This document shows, in pieces, positions 58,875-64,000 of a DNA stretch of 64,000 nucleotides (position 1 is its first letter; each line of letters starts with the position of its first letter). The notes beneath the pieces are model-generated. The model searched no databases. It was not told the origin of the DNA and was given only the letters and a program-made list of their open reading frames with translations. The stretch is from an uncultured Candidatus Binatia bacterium. GTDB lineage: Bacteria > Desulfobacterota > Binatia > UBA9968 > JAJDTQ01. Made by a program: the position numbers and the translations under genes. The stretch spans positions 1,632,001 to 1,696,000 of the forward strand of contig OZ219754.1 in assembly GCA_964291295.2 (NCBI GenBank), given 5' to 3'.

Positions 58875-59545
58875 TGCCGGGAACAAGTTCAATCATGGAT
58901 CAGAAAAGGAGGCAGAAAAGGAGGCAGAAAATTGAAGCCGATCAACTCCTGTTGGTCGAAGGCAAGGATGAAGTCAGTCTGTTCGATGCGTTGATTCGGT
59001 GCCGCCTCCCCCAAGCACGGGATATTTAGATCATCGACGTCGGGGGAAAAGACAAATTTTCGGAGATCCTGCGGGCGATTCGAACCGAAGCACAAACTCG
59101 CCCGACCCTCAAGCTCATCGGCATAGTCAGAGACGCGGATGATAATCCTGAAGGTGCTTTGCAAAGCGTCCGCGACAGTCTACGCAAAGCCCACCTTGAG
59201 CCGCCATCGTGCCATGGAGAATTCTCGAACGCTTCGCCTCCGGTCGGGGTGTTCATCGTCCCGGATGGCAAGGCGTGTGGTGCCGTGGAGACCCTGTGCC
59301 GCCGCTCTGTGCAAGACTCGCCCACCGCTGAGTGCGTCGAACAGTACCTGAATTGCCTTTCCGAGCATGATGCTCTGAAATCGAGAAGTGGGGACAAGAG
59401 CTTCACGCATGCTTATTTGGCTGCCATGCGTAACCCGGTAGCACGGGTGGGAGAAGGCGCGCATCAGGGCGCATGGAATTTCGACTCCCCGGCTTTTGAG
59501 GGCCTCGTGTGCTTCCTTCGTTCCTTCCCATTATTGGCGCAATAG
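58874..59545 (+). pseudogene. DUF3226-like TOPRIM protein interrupted by one in-frame TAG (59027-59029)
   Basis: TAATG-coupled start; LLVEGKDE...RDI*IIDVGGK...IVRDADD...GAVETLC...WNFDSP in one frame. Confidence 0.8.
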
Positions 59546-59678
59546 GATTGCGCGCAACAGGATTTCGTTTGGAACCGGCGGCCCTGCTTGTTTTTCCCAG
59601 GACTCGTTGACATGGTGCGTAGGCACTAACCCGGGCCGGTGCCCCGATACAGCCCAGCCACCCCCACGCCCCGCTCCC

Positions 59679-60881
59679 CTATTCCACTCGCTCCACGATG
59701 GTGGCGATGCCCTGTCCCACGCCGATGCACATGGTGGCCATGCCGTAGCGGCTTCCGCGGCGTTTCATTTCGTGGATCAGCGTCGTCATGATTCTTGCGC
59801 CGCTGCAACCCAGCGGATGGCCGAGGGCGATGGCGCCGCCGTTGACGTTGACCTTGTCCGGGTCGAGGTCGAGTTCCCGGATGCAGGCCAGCGACTGGGA
59901 CGCGAAGGCTTCGTTGATCTCCACCAGATCGAGTTGATCGGCGGTGAGTCCGGCCCGTTTGAGGGCCTTGCGGCTGGCGGGGATGGGGCCGATGCCCATG
60001 AAGGCGGGGTCGACTCCGGCCACCGCGGCGGCGACGATCCGGACCATGGGTTTCAGCTTGAGCGCCTGCGCCTTTTCGCGGGAGGCCATGAGCAGGGCTG
60101 CGGCGCCGTCGGACAGCGGTGAGGAGTTGCCTGCGGTGACCGTGCCGTCCTTGACAAAGGCCGGCCTCAGGGCCGCGAGCTGCTCCAGGCTGGTGTCCGG
60201 ACGCGGGCCTTCGTCCCGGCGGTGCACCACCGGCTCGCCGCGCCGCCGGGGTGCGGCCACGGGGATGATCTCGTCGTCCAGCCGTCCCGCTTCCTGGGCC
60301 GCCACCGCATTGCGATGACTTCTGAGCCCGAAGGCGTCCTGTTGCGGGCGGCCGACTCGGTACTTCTCCGCCACGTTCTCCGCGGTCTGGCCCAGACTCA
60401 CGAGGGGATACAGTTCGCCCATGCGGGGGTTGGGGAAACGCCATCCAAGCACGCTGTCGTAGACCGTGACCTCGCCGCGGGCAAACGGGACGCTGCCCTT
60501 GGGCATCACCAGGGGCGCGCGGGTCATCACCTCCACGCCGCCGGCCACGAACAGGTCGCCCTCCCCGACGCCCACCGCCCGCCCGGCTTGGTTGACGGCC
60601 TCCAGCCCGGAACCGCACAGGCGGTTCACGGTGGCCCCGGGCACCGACTCCGGAAGGCCGGCCAGCAGGGAGGCGTTGCGGCCCACATTGCGGCAGTCTT
60701 CCCCGGCCTGGTTGGTGCAGCCGAGAAGGACGTCCTCGACGCTCTCCTTGGCGATGCCGCTCCGGGCTATCAGTTCGGCGATGACGTGGGCCGCGAGATC
60801 GTCCGGCCGAATGTCCTTGAGGATTCCTCCGTAACGGCCCATGGGAGTCCGGACGGCATCGATGATCAAGGCTTCGGGCAT
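59679..60881 (-). CDS. Beta-ketoacyl-CoA thiolase (PaaJ/PcaF-like)
   Basis: [40 protein letters not shown]. Confidence 0.92.
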   Translation of the reverse strand: MPEALIIDAVRTPMGRYGGILKDIRPDDLAAHVIAELIARSGIAKESVEDVLLGCTNQAGEDCRNVGRNASLLAGLPESVPGATVNRLCGSGLEAVNQAGRAVGVGEGDLFVAGGVEVMTRAPLVMPKGSVPFARGEVTVYDSVLGWRFPNPRMGELYPLVSLGQTAENVAEKYRVGRPQQDAFGLRSHRNAVAAQEAGRLDDEIIPVAAPRRRGEPVVHRRDEGPRPDTSLEQLAALRPAFVKDGTVTAGNSSPLSDGAAALLMASREKAQALKLKPMVRIVAAAVAGVDPAFMGIGPIPASRKALKRAGLTADQLDLVEINEAFASQSLACIRELDLDPDKVNVNGGAIALGHPLGCSGARIMTTLIHEMKRRGSRYGMATMCIGVGQGIATIVERVE

Positions 60882-60953
60882 GAAGTGCCTTCCTGCGCCC
60901 GAGGGGCGCGTTGCGGACGACAGGGTGCGGTGATCCGGCGGCGGACGGACCGG

Positions 60954-61766
60954 TCAGGCGGATTCGTCGTTTTCCTGCGGGTGTTGATTTCCCTGCGAGC
61001 GTTCTTCCCGCGAGCGTTCGTTTCCCTGCGAATGTTCTTCCTGCGAATGTTCGTAGAAGCCCCGCCCCGTGGCTTCGCCCAACCGCCCGGACGCCACCAG
61101 CTTTTTCAACAGCGGCGCGGGCCGGTAGCGGTCATCCCCGGTCTCTTCCTGGAGCCCCTCGATGACCGCAAGCACCTCGTCCAGGCCGATTTCGTCGGCC
61201 CAGCGAAGCGGACCCTGGGGATAGTTCGTGCCCAGCCTGAGGGCGGTGTCGATCTCCTCGGCGGTGGCGATTCCCTCGTCCAGGCTGCGCGCCGCCTCAT
61301 TGATGATGAGGCTCAGGATACGCGGGAACACCAGGCCGGGCGCGTCCTTTGTCAGTACGCTCTGCTTGTCCAGGCTGCGCACGAAGGACTCGGCGGCCTG
61401 TACCGCGGGGTCGCCGGTATCAAGTCCGCGCGTCAGTTCGATGATGCGGCGCCGCGCCAGCGGGCGGAACGTGGCGAAGCCGACGACCCGTTCCGGCCGC
61501 TGGCTCCAGCAGGCGATGGTGGTGGCGGACCAGCGGACGCACGATGTCAGCACCACCGATGCGTCCGGCACCGCGCGGTCGAGTTCTTCCAGCAGGCGCT
61601 GCTTGTCCTCGCGCCCGCGGGGCAGGGTGTCCACCACCACGTCGGCTTCCGGGTCCACGTCGGCGGCGCGCCCGCAGCGGCTCGCGGCCAACCCGCGATC
61701 CAGAGCCAACCGCAGCCAGTCGTCCGCCAGACGGCTGCTCCCGACCACCGCCACGCTACGGCTCAT
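60954..61766 (-). CDS. 3-hydroxyacyl-CoA dehydrogenase-like protein (degenerate Rossmann; PaaH C-half-like)
   Basis: No GxGxxG; [32 protein letters not shown]; repetitive C-terminal tail. Confidence 0.8.
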   Translation of the reverse strand: MSRSVAVVGSSRLADDWLRLALDRGLAASRCGRAADVDPEADVVVDTLPRGREDKQRLLEELDRAVPDASVVLTSCVRWSATTIACWSQRPERVVGFATFRPLARRRIIELTRGLDTGDPAVQAAESFVRSLDKQSVLTKDAPGLVFPRILSLIINEAARSLDEGIATAEEIDTALRLGTNYPQGPLRWADEIGLDEVLAVIEGLQEETGDDRYRPAPLLKKLVASGRLGEATGRGFYEHSQEEHSQGNERSREERSQGNQHPQENDESA

Positions 61767-62616
61767 AATCGTAGAACCCCTTTCCGGTCTTCCGTCCGAG
61801 GTGTCCGGCCAGATACAGCTTCTGTTGCAGGGGGCTCGGCCGGAAGCGGGGGTCTTCGAACAATGCCCGGTAGAGCGTTTCGGTGGCGGTGAAGTTGACG
61901 TCGATGCCGATGAGATCCTGAAGTTCGAAGGGCCCCATGCGGAAGCCGCCGGCTTCGCGCATGACGCGGTCCACGGTCTCCACGTCGGCCCCGCCGTCGC
62001 CCAGCACGCGCAGGGCCTCGTTGTAGAACGGCCGGGCGATGCGGTTGACGATGAATCCGGGGGTATCCTTGGCGCGGACGGGCGTCTTGCCGAATCTCCG
62101 GGTGATTTCCACCGCCCTGGCCATGGTGGCGGCGCTGGTGCGTTCGCCCTGCACCACCTCCACGAGCCCCATCAGCGGCGCCGGATTGAAGAAGTGCATG
62201 CCGAGTACGCGGGAGGCGTCCTTGACCGCGCCGCCAATGGCCGTCACCGACAGCGATGAGGTGTTGGTGGCCAGCAGCGTTTCCGCGGCACACGCGGCGT
62301 CCAGCTTCCGGAACAACTCGCGCTTCACCTCAAGGCTCTCGGTGGCCGCTTCGATGACCAGCGCGGCGTCGGCAAGCTCCTCCAGCGCCCGTGTCCCCTT
62401 GAGGCGCGACAGGATCCTTTTCTCCGTCTCTTCGTCGATGTTCCCCTTCTCCCGGCTGCGTCCGACAAAGCCGCGAATTCTCTCCAGCCCGCGGTCGATG
62501 AATTCCTGGGAGACATCGCACATCACCGCCTCGAACCCGCCCTGGACCGCCACTTGGGCGATGCCGGCGCCCATGGTGCCGGCGCCGATCACCCCGATCT
62601 TGTTGTCGTTGACCAT
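61756..62616 (-). CDS. 3-hydroxyacyl-CoA dehydrogenase (PaaH N-half/Hbd-like)
   Basis: [38 protein letters not shown]. Confidence 0.92.
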   Translation of the reverse strand: MVNDNKIGVIGAGTMGAGIAQVAVQGGFEAVMCDVSQEFIDRGLERIRGFVGRSREKGNIDEETEKRILSRLKGTRALEELADAALVIEAATESLEVKRELFRKLDAACAAETLLATNTSSLSVTAIGGAVKDASRVLGMHFFNPAPLMGLVEVVQGERTSAATMARAVEITRRFGKTPVRAKDTPGFIVNRIARPFYNEALRVLGDGGADVETVDRVMREAGGFRMGPFELQDLIGIDVNFTATETLYRALFEDPRFRPSPLQQKLYLAGHLGRKTGKGFYDYEP

Positions 62617-62658
62617 GATGGATCTTCCCGGAGGGAGCCCGCGGGTCCCGCCGAAACC

Positions 62659-63441
62659 CTACTCCCCCTCGAACACGGGCGCGCGCTTCTCCGTGAATGC
62701 CCGAACCCCCTCGTCGTAGTCGGCGCTCCGGCCGGCGATCTCCTGGATCGAGGCTTCGTATTCGAGCTGCGCCTCAAGCTCGCGGTACATGGACCGGTTG
62801 AGGGTCCTCTTGATCAGGCCGATGCTGCGCGGCCCGCGCGCCAGCCGTTCGGCCAGCGTCCGGGCCTCCGCGGCCAGCTCCGCCGCCGGAACGACCTTGG
62901 TGACCAGCCCGTGGCGGAGCGCGTCCCGGGCCGGCAGGGGTTCCCCCAGCAGGAAGAGCTCGGTAGCCTTGCCGAGCCCGACGAGCCGCGGCATGAAATA
63001 GCTGCCGCCGCAGTCGGGGCCCAGGCCCACCCGTACGAACGCTTCGATGAAGCGTGCGTTCTCCGAGGCAATGCGCAGGTCGCAGGCCAGCGTGAGGTTG
63101 CACCCGGCGCCCGCGGCCACGCCGTTGACGGCGCAGACGACGATCTTGTCGGTCCGCCGGATGGCCAGGATGATGGGGTTGTAACGGGATCTCAGGGACT
63201 CGCCCAGAGACCCCTTCCGCTCCGGGGAGCGGTCCTTCAGATCCTGGCCGGCGCAGAAAGCCCGGTCGCCGGCTCCGGTGAGCACGAAGCAACGGACCGC
63301 CTTGTCCCGGCTGCCGTCCTTGAGGGCGACCAGGAGTTCGCGGTTCATCTGCGCGGTGAAGGCGTTGAGTGCCTCAGGACGGTTCAGGGTGATGGTGGCG
63401 ACGCCGTCCCGCTTCTCGTAGAGGATCGTTTCGTAGCTCAT
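62659..63441 (-). CDS. Enoyl-CoA isomerase, PaaG-like
   Basis: [36 protein letters not shown]. Confidence 0.85.
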   Translation of the reverse strand: MSYETILYEKRDGVATITLNRPEALNAFTAQMNRELLVALKDGSRDKAVRCFVLTGAGDRAFCAGQDLKDRSPERKGSLGESLRSRYNPIILAIRRTDKIVVCAVNGVAAGAGCNLTLACDLRIASENARFIEAFVRVGLGPDCGGSYFMPRLVGLGKATELFLLGEPLPARDALRHGLVTKVVPAAELAAEARTLAERLARGPRSIGLIKRTLNRSMYRELEAQLEYEASIQEIAGRSADYDEGVRAFTEKRAPVFEGE

Positions 63442-64000
63442 TTTCCCCTGAACTCGGGCTTGCGCTTGTCGATGAATGCCTGCATGCCCTCCCGCCGGTC
63501 CTCCGATGCGAACAGTGCATGGAAGGATTTGCGTTCGAAGGCGAGCCCCTCGTCCAGGGCCATGTTGGCCGCCTTGAGGATGGCCTCCTTGGCGAGACGG
63601 ACGGCGATGGGCGCCTTGTCGGCGATGGCCTGCGCCATGGCCCTGGCCTCGTCCAGCAGCACCTCCACCGGCACCACCTTGTTGACCAGGCCGCAGCGCT
63701 CCGCTTCGGCGGCGTCCATGAACCGGCCGGTGAGCACCAGCTCCATGGCCTTGTGCTTGCCCACCAGGTGCGTGAGCCGCTGGGTCCCGCCGGAGCCCGG
63801 TATGGTGCCCAGATTGATCTCGGGTTGGCCGAATACGGCCGATTCCGAAGCGATGATGATGTCGCAACTCATGGCCAGTTCGCAGCCGCCTCCCAGCGCG
63901 AAGCCGCTCACGGCGGCGATCATCGGCTTGGACAGGTTGTTGATGCGATCCCTGAAGGCCAGCCGCGCATGCGCCGGGCCGCCGAACGGGGTGGCGTCCA
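63438..64000 (-). CDS. Enoyl-CoA hydratase, PaaF-like (5' end outside window)
   Basis: [36 protein letters not shown]. Confidence 0.88.
   Translation of the reverse strand, partial: DATPFGGPAHARLAFRDRINNLSKPMIAAVSGFALGGGCELAMSCDIIIASESAVFGQPEINLGTIPGSGGTQRLTHLVGKHKAMELVLTGRFMDAAEAERCGLVNKVVPVEVLLDEARAMAQAIADKAPIAVRLAKEAILKAANMALDEGLAFERKSFHALFASEDRREGMQAFIDKRKPEFRGK

Noticed and set aside
58368-59029. In-frame TGA/TAG as selenocysteine, pyrrolysine or an alternative genetic code
   Set aside because: TGA and TAG end many neighbouring genes normally, the sites are not catalytic, and no SECIS-like hairpin was noticed; nonsense mutation is simpler.

Overview
GC-rich bacterial chromosome segment. 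The gene content (paralogous amidohydrolases, LLM, MmgE/PrpD, UbiD, AsmA) suggests a deltaproteobacterial/Binatia-like organism, but that is an inference. A host backbone (pdxA-surA-mfd, aromatic/CoA catabolic genes, rnr, asmA, paaFGHJ-like cluster) is interrupted by three visibly more AT-rich, defence-like islands. Island 1 (~10.9-19.0 kb) is bracketed by a 15-bp direct repeat. It carries a tightly spaced 4-gene operon (unknown protein, Walker-dead BrxD/DUF2791-like ATPase, intact BrxD-like ATPase, SNF2 helicase), an hsdR relic, a DUF6978/DUF1828-29-like pair and a TbpB-like lipoprotein. Island 2 (22.2-33.0 kb) is a 3-gene module (NERD-pseudokinase-kinase-P-loop protein, 605-aa partner, ~1660-aa nuclease-HerA ATPase) resembling MADS mad6-7-8 or DndFGH, with no modification genes beside it. 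Island 3 (50.0-59.5 kb) has FitA/VapC coupled to a type I RM system whose HsdS has two similar TRDs, then an OLD-like ATPase-TOPRIM, then an AAA ATPase + DUF3226-like pair, each broken by one nonsense codon. There is also a 99-bp IS5-type MITE and many short tandem duplications. No tRNA, rRNA or CRISPR array was seen. All family assignments come from motif recognition by eye, not database searches.
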